Below, in pieces: positions 1 through 12,195 of a DNA stretch of 64,000 bases. Origin of the DNA: Escherichia coli (GTDB taxonomy: Bacteria > Pseudomonadota > Gammaproteobacteria > Enterobacterales > Enterobacteriaceae); assembly GCF_041886205.1 (NCBI RefSeq), contig NZ_CP169029.1. One strand, given 5' to 3'. Each line of letters opens with the position of its first letter. Within the stretch, counting starts at the first letter, position 1. The position numbers were made by a program, and so were the translations under genes. Under the pieces are notes generated by a model. It saw nothing but the letters and a program-made list of their open reading frames with translations, did not search any database and was not told the DNA's origin.

Positions 1-2
1 TA

Positions 3-1148
3 CTTTATTCGCCGGAATGGCTGGAAACCCAGCAGCAATTTAAAAAAAGAATGGCAGCAAGTGGGCTGGAAACACGTTTCGATGAAGTAGGGAATTTATA
101 CGGTCGCCTGAATGGTACCGAATATCCACAGGAAGTGATTCTGAGCGGTTCGCATATCGATACCGTGGTTAACGGCGGTAACCTCGACGGGCAATTCGGC
201 GCGCTGGCGGCGTGGCTGGCAATTGACTGGCTGAAAACGCAATACGGCGCACCGTTACGTACGGTCGAAGTGGTGGCGATGGCAGAAGAAGAAGGCAGCC
301 GCTTCCCGTATGTCTTCTGGGGCAGTAAAAATATCTTTGGGCTGGCGAATCCTGACGACGTGCGGAATATCTGTGATGCCAAAGGAAATAGTTTTGTCGA
401 TGCGATGAAGGCTTGCGGATTTACTCTGCCGGACGCCCCGCTAACTCCGCGTCAGGATATTAAAGCCTTTGTCGAACTGCATATCGAACAGGGCTGTGTG
501 CTGGAAAGTAATGGGCAATCAATTGGCGTGGTGAATGCAATTGTCGGGCAACGTCGCTATACGGTGACGCTGAACGGCGAATCAAACCATGCAGGCACCA
601 CGCCGATGGGTTATCGTCGTGATACGGTTTACGCTTTCAGTCGCATTTGCCATCAGTCGATCGAAAAAGCGAAAAAGATGGGCGATCCGCTGGTTCTGAC
701 CTTTGGGAAAGTAGAGCCGCGCCCGAATACGGTGAATGTGGTGCCGGGTAAAACCACGTTCACCATTGATTGTCGTCATACCGACGCCGCCGTGCTGCGT
801 GATTTCACCCAACAGTTAGAAAACGACATGCGGGCGATTTGCGATGAAATGGACATTGGTATTGATATCGATTTATGGATGGACGAAGAACCCGTGCCGA
901 TGAATAAGGACCTGGTCGCCACCCTGACAGAATTGTGTGAAAGTGAAAAACTGAATTACCGGGTGATGCACAGTGGTGCCGGGCACGACGCGCAAATTTT
1001 CGCGCCTCGCGTGCCGACCTGCATGATTTTCATTCCCAGCATCAACGGGATCAGCCATAACCCGGCGGAACGCACCAATATTACCGACCTTGCCGAAGGG
1101 GTCAAAACGTTGGCACTCATGCTTTATCAACTTGCCTGGCAGAAATAA
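3..1148 (+). CDS. allC: allantoate amidohydrolase, 5' end lies upstream of the window
   Basis: Frame 3 reads LYSPEWLETQQQFKKRMAAS... continuous with the 365-aa track ORF; M20 peptidase-like sequence; position next to allE. Confidence 0.9.
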   Translation, partial: LYSPEWLETQQQFKKRMAASGLETRFDEVGNLYGRLNGTEYPQEVILSGSHIDTVVNGGNLDGQFGALAAWLAIDWLKTQYGAPLRTVEVVAMAEEEGSRFPYVFWGSKNIFGLANPDDVRNICDAKGNSFVDAMKACGFTLPDAPLTPRQDIKAFVELHIEQGCVLESNGQSIGVVNAIVGQRRYTVTLNGESNHAGTTPMGYRRDTVYAFSRICHQSIEKAKKMGDPLVLTFGKVEPRPNTVNVVPGKTTFTIDCRHTDAAVLRDFTQQLENDMRAICDEMDIGIDIDLWMDEEPVPMNKDLVATLTELCESEKLNYRVMHSGAGHDAQIFAPRVPTCMIFIPSINGISHNPAERTNITDLAEGVKTLALMLYQLAWQK

Positions 1149-1158
1149 GGAGTCATAA

Positions 1159-1944
1159 ATGGGATATTTAAATAACGTCACCGGTTACCGCGATGATTTA
1201 CTGGCTAACCGTGCGATTGTGAAACACGGTAATTTCGCACTGTTAACCCCGGACGGTCTGGTAAAAAATATTATTCCGGGCTTTGAAAATTGTGACGCGA
1301 CAATCCTCTCCACGCCAAAGCTGGGTGCCTCTTTTGTTGATTATCTGGTCACACTGCATCAAAACGGCGGCAACCAACAGGGCTTCGGTGGCGAAGGCAT
1401 TGAAACGTTCCTGTATGTGATCACTGGAAATATCACTGCCAAAGCCGAAGGCAAAACATTTGCCTTAAGCGAAGGTGGCTATCTTTATTGCCCGCCAGGC
1501 TCCTTAATGACGTTTGTTAACGCCCAGGCCGAAGACAGCCAAATCTTTTTATATAAGCGCCGCTATGTTCCGGTAGAAGGCCATGCACCGTGGCTGGTTT
1601 CTGGCAATGCCAGCGAACTGGAACGCATTCACTATGAAGGTATGGATGATGTGATCCTGCTGGATTTTCTGCCCAAAGAGTTAGGTTTTGATATGAACAT
1701 GCATATCCTCTCTTTTGCACCAGGTGCCAGCCACGGTTATATCGAAACACATGTTCAGGAACACGGTGCCTATATTCTTTCCGGTCAGGGGGTTTATAAC
1801 CTCGACAATAACTGGATCCCGGTGAAAAAAGGCGATTACATCTTTATGGGCGCTTATTCTTTACAGGCTGGTTATGGTGTAGGGCGTGGTGAAGCGTTCA
1901 GCTATATTTACTCGAAAGATTGCAACCGCGACGTAGAGTTTTAA
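1159..1944 (+). CDS. allE: (S)-ureidoglycine aminohydrolase (cupin)
   Basis: 261-aa ORF, RBS aggagt upstream, synteny with allC. Confidence 0.88.
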   Translation: MGYLNNVTGYRDDLLANRAIVKHGNFALLTPDGLVKNIIPGFENCDATILSTPKLGASFVDYLVTLHQNGGNQQGFGGEGIETFLYVITGNITAKAEGKTFALSEGGYLYCPPGSLMTFVNAQAEDSQIFLYKRRYVPVEGHAPWLVSGNASELERIHYEGMDDVILLDFLPKELGFDMNMHILSFAPGASHGYIETHVQEHGAYILSGQGVYNLDNNWIPVKKGDYIFMGAYSLQAGYGVGRGEAFSYIYSKDCNRDVEF

Positions 1945-1986
1945 GTCATACCACTCGCCTGATTATTTTTAGCTATGTTGGATTTT

Positions 1987-2013
1987 GCCACGGTTTATAC
2001 CGTGGCTTTTTTT
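1987..2013 (+). terminator. rho-independent terminator after allE
   Basis: gccacgg/ccgtggc stem with tttata loop followed by T7 run. Confidence 0.6.
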
Positions 2014-2020
2014 GTAACAT

Positions 2021-2050
2021 TGCCTGATGCGCTTCGCTTATCAGGCCTAC
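2021..2050. repeat. REP element
   Basis: gcctgatgcg...cttatcaggcctac REP consensus. Confidence 0.7.
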
Positions 2051-2097
2051 ATGATCTCTGCAATATATAGAATTTGCGCGATTTTCAGGAAGGATAT

Positions 2098-2127
2098 AGT
2101 ACTCATGCCGCATCCGGCATGAGTACT
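2098..2127. repeat. perfect 13-bp-stem palindrome between convergent allE and glxK
   Basis: agtactcatgccg-catc-cggcatgagtact read directly. Confidence 0.6.
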
Positions 2128-2171
2128 GCGCTCTTATGCGATATACATCGCATCCACTTTAAAGGTAAGAG

Positions 2172-3317
2172 TCAGTTTTTAATTCCCTGACCTATTTTAA
2201 TGGCGCAGGCAATATTTCGCGCGCTGTTGAAGAGATTGGTTTCACCGCTGGCGAGCACTTCGGCTAAAGGTGCCAGACGTGGCAAAATGCTGAATACCGC
2301 ATCAATGCCGTACTGGTGCACCACTTCCACGCCATCACCCAATACGCCAGCAATCCCAATCACCGGTACATTAAACTGTTTCGCCACCGACGCCACACCC
2401 AGCGGCGCTTTACCGCCTGCCGTTTGCGAGTCGATGCGCCCTTCCCCGGTGATCACCAGTGCTGCCCCCTGCACCGCCTGCTCCAGGTTGACCGCCCGCA
2501 GTACAATCTCAATACCCGGTTTAATATCCGCATTGAGAAATACCGCCGCCGCAATACCCATACCGCCCGCAGCGCCGCCGCCCGCCATCTGGCAGACATT
2601 AATTTCAGTTTGCTGTTGTAAAACACGGGCGTAATTTTGCAGCCCCTGTTCCAGTTCTTCGACCATCTCCGGCGTTGCCCCTTTTTGCGGGCCAAACACC
2701 GCCGCCGCGCCGCGTGCCCCTACCAGCGGGTTATCAACGTCACATGCTACTTCAATATGGCAGTTCGCCAGACGCGGATCGCATTCCTCCATCTCAATGC
2801 TTGCCACGCGCGCTAAATTGCCGCCGTTAGCTGCCAGCACCTGACCGTCGGCATCAAGGAAACGCACACCGAGCGCCTGCGCCATGCCCATACCGCCGTC
2901 GACCGTCGCACTGCCGCCAATGCCGAGAATAATATGGCGAATGCCGTTATCCAGCGCATGACGAATTAACTCCCCCGTACCAAAACTGGAGGCCAGCAAC
3001 GGATTACGCTTTTCAGGCGCGACCAGCATCAGACCACTTGCTGCCGCCATCTCAATCACCGCTGTTTTCCCGTCGCCGTTAAGGCCATAAAAAGCATTCA
3101 CTTTTTCGCCCATCGGCCCGCAGACTTCAAGCGTCACGATGTTGCCGCCCGTCGCGGCGACCATCGCATCCACCGTTCCTTCGCCGCCATCCGCTATCGG
3201 CAAACAGATATAGTTCGCATCGGGAAAGAGGGCCGAAAACCCGGCTTTAATTGCCTGACAACATTTTTCTGCACTTAAGCTCTCTTTAAAAGAGTCTGGC
3301 GCAATGACAATCTTCAT
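2172..3317 (-). CDS. glxK: glycerate 2-kinase
   Basis: ORF starting [14 protein letters not shown] (381 aa from second Met), glycerate kinase family. Confidence 0.9.
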   Translation of the reverse strand: MKIVIAPDSFKESLSAEKCCQAIKAGFSALFPDANYICLPIADGGEGTVDAMVAATGGNIVTLEVCGPMGEKVNAFYGLNGDGKTAVIEMAAASGLMLVAPEKRNPLLASSFGTGELIRHALDNGIRHIILGIGGSATVDGGMGMAQALGVRFLDADGQVLAANGGNLARVASIEMEECDPRLANCHIEVACDVDNPLVGARGAAAVFGPQKGATPEMVEELEQGLQNYARVLQQQTEINVCQMAGGGAAGGMGIAAAVFLNADIKPGIEIVLRAVNLEQAVQGAALVITGEGRIDSQTAGGKAPLGVASVAKQFNVPVIGIAGVLGDGVEVVHQYGIDAVFSILPRLAPLAEVLASGETNLFNSARNIACAIKIGQGIKN

Positions 3318-3338
3318 TATCAATCCTTTTTCAACAAA

Positions 3339-4640
3339 TTATTCGATGCGTTCCCACGGAATAAGGTTATCCATAAGAACAGCCAGTAAAATCCCGACCA
3401 ATAAGCCGTTACTGAGCAGAGGACGAAGCGTTAATGGAAGGTCTTGCAGATACACAGGCGGTAATGCCATTAAAAATATACCGACAAATAACGGCAATGC
3501 GAGTCGATAAATATTGCGAGCGGTAAAGGTTATTTGCTGGCTAAACACCAGCGCGGAAAAGAGTAAAGGCAGATAAGAAACCAGCATGACCGCACTACTC
3601 ACGGGTAAAGGGATACTGCAAAACAGTCGCGTGAGTGCCGGAACCAGCGCCACCAGCAGGCAAATAACGCTGCCATAAATAAACGAACGCCGCGTGTAAT
3701 CGCCAGTCTGGGTTAATAAACCAATGGATGAAACAAACGGTGAAAATGGAATTACCGCCAGCGGTACGGTTATCAGCGTCATAAATCCGGTCGCCACAAA
3801 GCTACGACGATAACGCGTATTCCCCGCGCCCTGCTGCGGATAAAAAACATCCGTGCCCCGAATCGCACCGTAGGTATTGCTGATATTTACCAGACCTGTA
3901 ATCACCGCCGTCAGAATAATTCCCGGCGACAAAGCACCGCCACTGCCGAGCGGGAACCACTGCCAGTGCAACTCACCGGAGAGCGAATGCGAAGAAGGAA
4001 AGCAAAAGTACCACAACAACCAGCCGGTTATCGTGCCGACCAGCAGGCCATAACGGGCAAAACGTTGCGGCAGGAAAATAATCATCGCCAGTACCAGGCA
4101 CATCACCGCCACCGAAAGCGCGAACGGTGGTAACTGAATTTTAAAATTTGGGTCGGCTATGCCAAACGGCAGCCCGAGCATACCTTTGAAAAAGATAGTG
4201 GTCAGCTGCGCGCCCAACATCAACATAAACAAGACCATCACCGACGGCGTAAATAACCGCGCCAGGCGATGGCCTAATCCGCTAAAACCAATCAACATCG
4301 TTAGCACGCCGGAGAGTGCAATCCCCACCGCCAGACTGGTAGCGATATCGTTGATCGGTGTCCCGCGCGATGCTTCGCCAAGGGTGATAGTAAGGATGGT
4401 TCCCCACCACAGGCCACCCGGCCCTTCCATAATAGCGCGACGATGACCGCAGAACGCCTGAGCGAAGCAGGCCAGTGCGGTAGCAAGAAAAGCATATTGC
4501 GTGAGCGTAAGCAGGCTACTTTGCGGCAACTGAAAAGCAGAAAGTAGCGTAGGAGGAACCACAACAGTGTTGCAAAAAATAAAGAAAAACCACTGAAATC
4601 CTGATAACAGGCTTTCGCGGCTGACTGCAAAATTGAACAT
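3339..4640 (-). CDS. ybbY: putative purine/xanthine-family permease (NCS2)
   Basis: 433-aa polytopic membrane ORF, synteny in the allantoin cluster. Confidence 0.85.
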   Translation of the reverse strand: MFNFAVSRESLLSGFQWFFFIFCNTVVVPPTLLSAFQLPQSSLLTLTQYAFLATALACFAQAFCGHRRAIMEGPGGLWWGTILTITLGEASRGTPINDIATSLAVGIALSGVLTMLIGFSGLGHRLARLFTPSVMVLFMLMLGAQLTTIFFKGMLGLPFGIADPNFKIQLPPFALSVAVMCLVLAMIIFLPQRFARYGLLVGTITGWLLWYFCFPSSHSLSGELHWQWFPLGSGGALSPGIILTAVITGLVNISNTYGAIRGTDVFYPQQGAGNTRYRRSFVATGFMTLITVPLAVIPFSPFVSSIGLLTQTGDYTRRSFIYGSVICLLVALVPALTRLFCSIPLPVSSAVMLVSYLPLLFSALVFSQQITFTARNIYRLALPLFVGIFLMALPPVYLQDLPLTLRPLLSNGLLVGILLAVLMDNLIPWERIE

Positions 4641-4696
4641 AAACACACCTTAACCGGAGAATGCCCGCCGCAAGGACGGGCATTGCAGGGGCCAGA

Positions 4697-6058
4697 TTAC
4701 TGCTGATGTTTAAGGATAAATTGACCTTTCGGCGCAACAGGGAAGCCCTGTTCAATGTCGTAAATCACATCACCACGTAAGATGGTTTTCGTGATACGCG
4801 CGCCAATGGTACGGCCAACATACGGGCTGACTTTGTGGCGATATTCCAGATCGTCATTGGTAAGAACATAGCTGCTATTCGGCTGAATGAAGACGAAGTC
4901 GGCATCTTTTCCTGGGGCGATACGGCCTTTTTGCTGCAGACCGAAAATATCTGCTGCGTTAGTCGCCATTAATTTGCCGAACATTGGCAGAGACATTCCG
5001 CGTTTCTGTACCGCTTCATCGAACATCACGTCCATACAGTTTTGCAGACCGGCAATACCGCCCCATGCTTCCATGATGTTGCCGGCTTTCATTTCCGGCG
5101 GGCATGGTGAGTGGTCGGAAACCAGGCAGTCGATTTCACCGTTAAACAGTTTTTCCCACATGCCTTTCTGGTTTTCCAGATCGCGGATCGGCGGTGAACA
5201 CTTCGCCAGAGTACCGATTTCTTCGAACTGATCGGTATCCAGTACAAAGTAATGCGGGCAGGATTCACAAGTAACGTCCTGACCTTCCTGACGTGCACGA
5301 GTCACTTCTTCAACGCCTTCCGGGCTGCTGATATGGCAAACGTGCAGACGGCAACCGGCAACTTTCGCCAGATACAGCACGCGGCGAATCGCTTCCACTT
5401 CGGTAAATACCGGACGCGAAGCCACATAGTCATGGGCAGTTACGCGACCTTCACGTTTCGCTTCTTCGCCCAGTGCGTCACAGATCAGCGCGTTTTCGCA
5501 GTGCACCAGCACCGGCTGCCCCAGTTCGCCCAGCTTCTGCGCACCTTTGAAGAACTGCCAGTCGTTTACATCACGGAAGTCGTTGTCGATACCGCGATCG
5601 CCACAGGTCGCAACGAAGCATTTGAAGCCGACAACGCCCACTTCATCCAGCTCATGCAGACGGTCGATGTTGTAAGACACCAGGCCACCGAGTTGTGCCG
5701 CATCGATAGTCAGCTTGCCTTTAGCGGCATCGAACTTCAGTTCAATTGAAGCGCGGTCAACCGTTGCAGGCAGCTGGTTGAGCGGCATTTCGATCATGGT
5801 GGTGATACCACCTTTTGCCGCTGCGCGAGTACCGTTTTCATAACCTTCCCAGTGGCTACGACCCGGTTCAGAAATATGGGTGTGCGCATCAACCATGCCC
5901 GGCGAAACCACCAGACCAGACGCATCCATAACTTCTTTTGCATCGCCCAGATCCTGACCGATAGCAGCAATTTTGCCGCCTTTAACGGCGATATCTACAA
6001 CGCGAGCTTCGTTTTCTAAAATAACGGTGCCGTTTTTAATGATTAAATCAAAAGACAT
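4697..6058 (-). CDS. allB: allantoinase
   Basis: [12 protein letters not shown]... amidohydrolase with DAHTH metal motif; 453 aa from internal Met. Confidence 0.9.
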   Translation of the reverse strand: MSFDLIIKNGTVILENEARVVDIAVKGGKIAAIGQDLGDAKEVMDASGLVVSPGMVDAHTHISEPGRSHWEGYENGTRAAAKGGITTMIEMPLNQLPATVDRASIELKFDAAKGKLTIDAAQLGGLVSYNIDRLHELDEVGVVGFKCFVATCGDRGIDNDFRDVNDWQFFKGAQKLGELGQPVLVHCENALICDALGEEAKREGRVTAHDYVASRPVFTEVEAIRRVLYLAKVAGCRLHVCHISSPEGVEEVTRARQEGQDVTCESCPHYFVLDTDQFEEIGTLAKCSPPIRDLENQKGMWEKLFNGEIDCLVSDHSPCPPEMKAGNIMEAWGGIAGLQNCMDVMFDEAVQKRGMSLPMFGKLMATNAADIFGLQQKGRIAPGKDADFVFIQPNSSYVLTNDDLEYRHKVSPYVGRTIGARITKTILRGDVIYDIEQGFPVAPKGQFILKHQQ

Positions 6059-6118
6059 AACAAACTCCTTGTAAAATACAGATTGGTTTTTTAACTCAAT
6101 GTTCAATATCGGGATTAA

Positions 6119-7573
6119 TTAACCTGTGACTTTTTGTTCTCCTGTTTTTTCTGCTGCTGTACGTTTTTTTAATAACGCGTAGGCAGCGAATGCGACAATA
6201 ACGCCGACAAACCATGAAACGCGAGATAAAGGCTCCATGAACGGAATAAATTTACCACCGAGAGATAAAATAACGGCGACCAAAGTTACTGAGAACGCGG
6301 TAAGATTAAAGCCGTTATCGTAATATTTGAAATCACCTGCTGCGGTATACAGTTCATCAAGATTAATTTGTCCGCGCATTACCACAAAATAATGCGCCAT
6401 CATGACACCAATTACCGGACCAAGCATTCCGCCGATAATATCGAGGAACAGATAAATACTGTCCTGATTTTCCATTAATTTCCACGGGCAGATCAGCAGG
6501 CTGATAATACTGGCAATCAGTACGCCGTTTTTATAGGTCAGTTTTGTCGGTGCAATGGCGGCAATCTGATAACCGGCCGGAATAATATTACCGGTGGCGT
6601 TAGTGGAAATGGTCGTCATCAGAATAACCAGTACCGCAAAGAACGAGGCAAACAGGCTGTCCCAACGCTGAACAATATCCAGCACGTTCCAGGTATCAGC
6701 GCCGTAGTGAATACTGGCTCCGGCAATAATACATACCCCAGCGACCGCAAACAGAATATAGGCCACAACTAAACCCAGCGTTTGCCCCAGCGCTTGCTCA
6801 CGAAACGAGTGGGCGTTTTGCGTAAAGTCGGATGCGCTCACCGCCGGTGCCGCCCAGACCGCAACTACCGCGTTAATCACTACCAGGAACAAGAATCCAC
6901 TGTTTTCTGCTTTCTGAATACCGCTCGGAATGTAGTCAAAGATTGGACCGAGCCCGACCAGCGAAATCGCCCAAATCGCCATACCGCCGAAAACGATATA
7001 GATGCACGGGTTAAGAATGGCAGTGAATTTATTTAAAACTTTGCCACCGCCAAAACCTATACCAACGTTGACCAGCCAGAAGAGTAAGAAAGTAATTAAG
7101 CCCGGTAGAGAAAGGCCTAACAGAGTGAAATCACCACCGAGAGTCAAAAATCCCGGCCAGATTTTGCCAATCAGAATCAAGCAGGCCAGTGACCCCGCGT
7201 AACATTGCAGGCCAAACCACATAATGGCAGCAATACCGCCTCTTAATAATCCGGGAAACAGTGCGCCACGTACGCCATAAGAAGCACGCAGGATCATGGC
7301 AAACGGTACGCCGTATTTACTGCCCGCAGCGCCGTTTAATACCATTACCGCGGCAATGAAAAAGGCGCTGAGGATAATTGCCAGCATAATACTAAAGGTA
7401 GACAAGCCGAGAATAAAAAAGCCGCCGACCATCACATAATTGGGAACGTTATGAACCGAACCCATCCATAAGGTAAAATAGTTAAATGTTTTCCAGGTCC
7501 GCTGGCTTTGCGTTTTCGGCAATAGATCTTCGCTATAGCCGCGTTGCTGGAATAGTTTTCTCTGATGTTCCAT
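6119..7573 (-). CDS. ybbW: allantoin permease (NCS1 family)
   Basis: 484-aa membrane transporter ORF, synteny. Confidence 0.85.
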   Translation of the reverse strand: MEHQRKLFQQRGYSEDLLPKTQSQRTWKTFNYFTLWMGSVHNVPNYVMVGGFFILGLSTFSIMLAIILSAFFIAAVMVLNGAAGSKYGVPFAMILRASYGVRGALFPGLLRGGIAAIMWFGLQCYAGSLACLILIGKIWPGFLTLGGDFTLLGLSLPGLITFLLFWLVNVGIGFGGGKVLNKFTAILNPCIYIVFGGMAIWAISLVGLGPIFDYIPSGIQKAENSGFLFLVVINAVVAVWAAPAVSASDFTQNAHSFREQALGQTLGLVVAYILFAVAGVCIIAGASIHYGADTWNVLDIVQRWDSLFASFFAVLVILMTTISTNATGNIIPAGYQIAAIAPTKLTYKNGVLIASIISLLICPWKLMENQDSIYLFLDIIGGMLGPVIGVMMAHYFVVMRGQINLDELYTAAGDFKYYDNGFNLTAFSVTLVAVILSLGGKFIPFMEPLSRVSWFVGVIVAFAAYALLKKRTAAEKTGEQKVTG

Positions 7574-7741
7574 AAATCCCTCTTAATTTCACGTATCGAA
7601 TAACGTTGTTTTAATCTAGCTATGAGGAACAAATAAAATAAAAATATTATTTTTAATACTGAAGCAACATCTTTGGCTGCTTTCTTTTTTAATATTGCTG
7701 GCCGATTCATTTTCTGATATCAGCCATTTTTATTGCGGGTA

Positions 7742-8620
7742 TCAGGCCAGTTTATGGTTAGCCATTAATTCCAGCGCCTGCACTAACGCAGAGTGATCCA
7801 ACTGGCTGCCACCGTTTGCCGCACAGGTATTAAATAACTCCTGGCAGGTCGCGGTGTTTGGCAGGTTCAGCGCCAGTGCCTTCGCACTTTGCAGTGCCAG
7901 GTTGAGATCTTTCTGGTGCAGAGCGATTTTGAAGCCCGGATTAAAGGTGCGTTTAATCATACGCTCGCCATGAACTTCCAGAATACGTGAGGAAGCAAAG
8001 CCGCCCATCAGCGCCTGGCGCACACGTACCGGGTCCGCACCGGCTTTTGAAGCAAATAGCAGGGCTTCAGAAACCGCTTCAATATTGAGCGCCACGATAA
8101 TCTGATTTGCCACTTTGCAGGTTTGACCATCGCCGTTACCGCCCACGAGGGTGATATTTTTACCGAGCAGTTCAAACAGCGGTTTAACACGTTCAAATAC
8201 CGCTTCATCACCGCCAACCATAATCGACAACGTCCCTTCACGCGCACCGATTTCACCGCCGGAGACTGGCGCATCGAGATAATCGCCGCCCAGTTCATTC
8301 ACCTGACGAGCGAAACGCTTAGTTTCAATCGGGGAAATGGAGCTCATATCAACAATGGTTTTGCCCTTCAGCGAGGCTTTGGTACAACCATTTTCACCGA
8401 ACAGAACTTCTTCAACCTGAGGTGTGTCCGGCACCATAATAAAAATGATGTCCGATGCTTCCGTTACCTGGCGAGCAGTTTCAACACTGACGGCACCCAG
8501 TGACAGTAATTCATCAGCAACCGGTCCAATGGTCGTGACATGTAATTGATGACCGGCACGCGCCAGATTAATGGCCATCGGTGTACCCATAATGCCTAAG
8601 CCAATAAATCCCAGTTTCAT
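7742..8620 (-). CDS. glxR: tartronate semialdehyde reductase
   Basis: MKLGFIGLGIMG NAD-binding N-terminus, 292 aa. Confidence 0.9.
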   Translation of the reverse strand: MKLGFIGLGIMGTPMAINLARAGHQLHVTTIGPVADELLSLGAVSVETARQVTEASDIIFIMVPDTPQVEEVLFGENGCTKASLKGKTIVDMSSISPIETKRFARQVNELGGDYLDAPVSGGEIGAREGTLSIMVGGDEAVFERVKPLFELLGKNITLVGGNGDGQTCKVANQIIVALNIEAVSEALLFASKAGADPVRVRQALMGGFASSRILEVHGERMIKRTFNPGFKIALHQKDLNLALQSAKALALNLPNTATCQELFNTCAANGGSQLDHSALVQALELMANHKLA

Positions 8621-8719
8621 AATTAACCTCTTTTAAATTTCGCTTTTCCTGAATTCAGACAACACGATCCCCTGCCAACTTAGCGGCCTAAAAAAGCATT
8701 GTCTGAATAGCGTTACGTT

Positions 8720-9496
8720 TTAACGGTACGGATCCATCCAGCGTAAACCGGCTTCCGTGGTGGTTTGGGGTTTATATTCACACCCAACCCAACCGTTGTA
8801 GTCAGAATTTTCGATTACCTTAAAGAGATAATCATAATTAATTTCTCCGGTTCCCGGTTCGCCGCGATGCGGATTATCGGCAATTTGCAGGTGACCAATT
8901 TTATCAGCCCACTGAGTCATGGTGTTGGTTAATTCACCTTCCATCCGCTGCATGTGATAAATGTCATACTGAATTTTCAAATTGCAGCAACCAACATCAT
9001 CAATCAATTTCAGCGCCTGCCGAGTTCCGGTGAGATGGAAACCAGGAATATCAAAATGGTTAATAGGTTCAATCAGTAATAAAATATCTTCTTTCATCAG
9101 CATATTCGCGGCATAACGCAGGTTTTCTACAAGCGTTGCGTGAATCTGTTCACTGCTGAAACCAGCCGGCGTTTTACCGACCAGACAGTTAATTTTTTTA
9201 TTACCCAGCGCACGGGCATAACGAATCGCTGCTGCTACGCCATCCCGAAACTCTTCTTCACGGCCAGGAATACAGGCAATACCGCGCTCCCCCGCCGCCC
9301 AGTCACCCGCCGGTAAATTGTGCAGCGTATGTTCGAGTTTATTACTCGCCAGCACCTGTTTTAATTCTTCAATGTCGTAGTCATAAGGAAACATAAATTC
9401 AACGCCGCGAAAACCACACTGCGCAGCTTTCTCAAAACGGGCGAGAAAATCATATTCTCCAAATAACATCGATAAATTAGCAGAGAAACGTAACAT
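8720..9496 (-). CDS. hyi: hydroxypyruvate isomerase
   Basis: 258-aa TIM-barrel isomerase ORF, synteny. Confidence 0.9.
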   Translation of the reverse strand: MLRFSANLSMLFGEYDFLARFEKAAQCGFRGVEFMFPYDYDIEELKQVLASNKLEHTLHNLPAGDWAAGERGIACIPGREEEFRDGVAAAIRYARALGNKKINCLVGKTPAGFSSEQIHATLVENLRYAANMLMKEDILLLIEPINHFDIPGFHLTGTRQALKLIDDVGCCNLKIQYDIYHMQRMEGELTNTMTQWADKIGHLQIADNPHRGEPGTGEINYDYLFKVIENSDYNGWVGCEYKPQTTTEAGLRWMDPYR

Positions 9497-9508
9497 TATT
9501 TATCTCCC

Positions 9509-11290
9509 TTATTCATAGTGCATGAAGCAGGTTTCAGTCGGTGCATCCGCTGCGTTATCGGCGATATCTTCAAATTCCATGACGTTATCCAGTTCGCTGC
9601 CCATCGAAATATTGGTCACACGCTCGAGAATAACTTCCACGACTACCGGTACCCGATATTGCGCCATTAAGGCTTTCGCCTGTTCAAAGGCTGGCGCAAT
9701 ATCTTCCGGTTTGAAGACGCGAATCGCTTTACAACCTAAACCTTCCGCTACTTTTACGTGGTCGACGCCGTAACCGTTCACTTCGCTGGAGTTGATATTC
9801 TCGAAAGCGAGTTGCACGCAGTAGTCCATATCAAACGCGCGCTGCGACTGGCGAATCAGCCCCAGATAAGCGTTGTTGACCAGCACATGGATGTACGGAA
9901 TGTTGAACTGCGCGCCAACAGCTAACTCTTCAATCAGGAACTGGAAGTCAAAGTCGCCAGAAATCGCCACCACATTGCGTTTCGGATCAGCGGCACAAAC
10001 CCCCAGCGCAGCCGGAATCGTCCAGCCTAACGGACCAGCCTGACCACAGTTGATCCAGTGGCGGTCTTTAAAGACATGCAGCATTTGTGCCGCAGCGATT
10101 TGTGACAGACCAATGGTGGTGACATAACAAACATCGCGACCAAAGGCTTTGTTCATCTCTTCATACACACGCTGCGGTTTCACCGGCACGTTGTCGAAGT
10201 GGGTTTTGCGCAGCAAAGTGCGTTTACGCTGCTGGCAGTCGGCGACCCATTCTTTACGACACGGCAGACGACCCGCTTTTTGCATCTCCTGCGCCACTTC
10301 AACCAGCAGTGTCAGCGCCGCTTTAGCATCAGAGACAATGCCGAGATCCGGACACAGCACGCGACCAATTTGCGTCGGCTCAATATCGATATGAACGATT
10401 TTGCGCCCTTCGGTGTATTTCTCTACCGAACCGGTATGACGGTTAGCAAAACGGTTACCGATACCAAACACCATGTCGGACGCCAGCAACGTTGCGTTAC
10501 CGTAACGATGCGCGGTTTGCAGACCGACCATCCCGGCCATCAGTTCATGATCGTCCGGGATACAGCCCCAGCCCATTAGCGTTGGGATCACCGGAACGCT
10601 GGTCAGTTCAGCAAACTGTTGTAACAGTGCAGCTGCGTCAGCATTAATTACCCCGCCCCCGGCAACAATCACCGGACGTTCGGCCTGGATTAACATTTCT
10701 ACAGCTTTTTCGATCTGCATACGGCTGGCAGCAGGTTTGTAGACCGGCAGCGGTTCGTACATGTCAGGATCAAACTCGATTTCCGCAACCTGAACGTCGA
10801 ACGGTAAATCCACCAGTACCGGACCCGGACGACCAGAACGCATCAGGTGAAATGCCTGTTGCAGCACGCGAGGCACCAGCGCCGCTTCACGAACTGTAAC
10901 CGCCATTTTGCTGACCGGTTTAGCAATTGCTTCAATATCTACGGCCTGAAAATCTTCTTTATGCAGACGGGCGCGCGGTGCCTGGCCGGTAATGCACAGA
11001 ATAGGAATGGAATCAGCAGAAGCGGAATAGAGCGCGGTGATCATGTCCGTGCCCGCAGGACCGGAAGTCCCCAGACATACGCCGATATTTCCTGCCGTTG
11101 CGCGGGTATAACCTTCCGCCATGTGCGAAGCACCTTCCACATGACGCGCCAGAATGTGACGAATACCGCCGTGCTTACGCATCGCTGAGTAGAACGGATT
11201 GATTGCAGCTCCCGGAACACCGAAGGCGGTGGTGATACCTTCTTTCTCCAGCACATACATTGCCGCGTCAACGGCTCTCATTTTTGCCAT
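9509..11290 (-). CDS. gcl: glyoxylate carboligase (TPP enzyme)
   Basis: [18 protein letters not shown]... 593 aa from internal Met; track ORF extends further upstream. Confidence 0.9.
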
Positions 11291-11379
11291 TTTATTCCTA
11301 CCTCTATTTATTGGAAAATTTTTCCAACTTTCAAATTTTGTCAAAAAAACCCGCTCCGCAGAGCGGGATGCGACAGACA

Positions 11380-12195
11380 TTATGGATGTGCTTTCAGTCC
11401 CAACGCCGTGCTGATATCGCGGGCGGTGTCTCTTACCAGCTCACCCTGACTGACAAAACGATCTTCTGTCAGTCTTGATGAAGGCCCGGAGATGGAGATA
11501 GCGGCAACAACACTACCGACATCATCGTAAATTGCTGAAGCTATGCAATTCAGACCTACAACATGCTCTTCTTTATCTACGGTATAGCCCAGTTCACGCG
11601 CTTGTTCCAGGTCCTTCAGCAAGGTGGGCATATCCACAAGCGTAGTTGGCGTAAACTGCTGCAAACCGGTTTGCAGAATGATGCTCATCAACTCCTCTTC
11701 CGCCAGCGGATAAAGCAGCGCTTTGCCCGCACCGGAAGCATGCAGTGGCAGACGACTGCCCAGTGGCGCACACATCCTGACCATCGATTTACACTCTAAC
11801 TGACCAATTAATACCGCTTCATTGCCGTTACGGATCGCGACATTGACCGTTTCGCCGGAAAGTAACATCAGGCGGCGCATAAACGGCCCGGCGACGGAGA
11901 GGACATCGCGGTTATGGATGTACGCCGCACCGACGTTAAAGACACCTAATCCTATATGCCACCAGCCTAATTGACTGTCCTGATAGACAAAATCCGCTGC
12001 CTGTAAAACCTTCAGCAAGCGAAAGGTCGTGGAGAGCGGCAAATCCAGATTGAGAGAAATATCGCTAACCGACGAACTTCCCCCACTTTTTTCCAAATAT
12101 TGCAGAATCGCAATTCCCCGCTCTAACGCCTGTGCGCCCTTCTGTACCACAGGCTCCGCCTGTCCTGGCCTGCCGCGCCGTCTAACTTCCGTCAT
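11380..12195 (-). CDS. allR: IclR-family repressor of allantoin/glyoxylate genes
   Basis: 271-aa ORF with IclR HTH and effector domain. Confidence 0.9.

Noticed and set aside
5-382. 125-aa minus-strand ORF at the window start
   Set aside because: Antisense to the allC coding sequence
7432-7710. 92-aa ORF overlapping the ybbW start and the glxR-ybbW spacer
   Set aside because: Overlaps the 5' end of ybbW and has no clear RBS. It may correspond to the hypothetical ybbV annotated in some genomes, but the sequence gives no support for calling it
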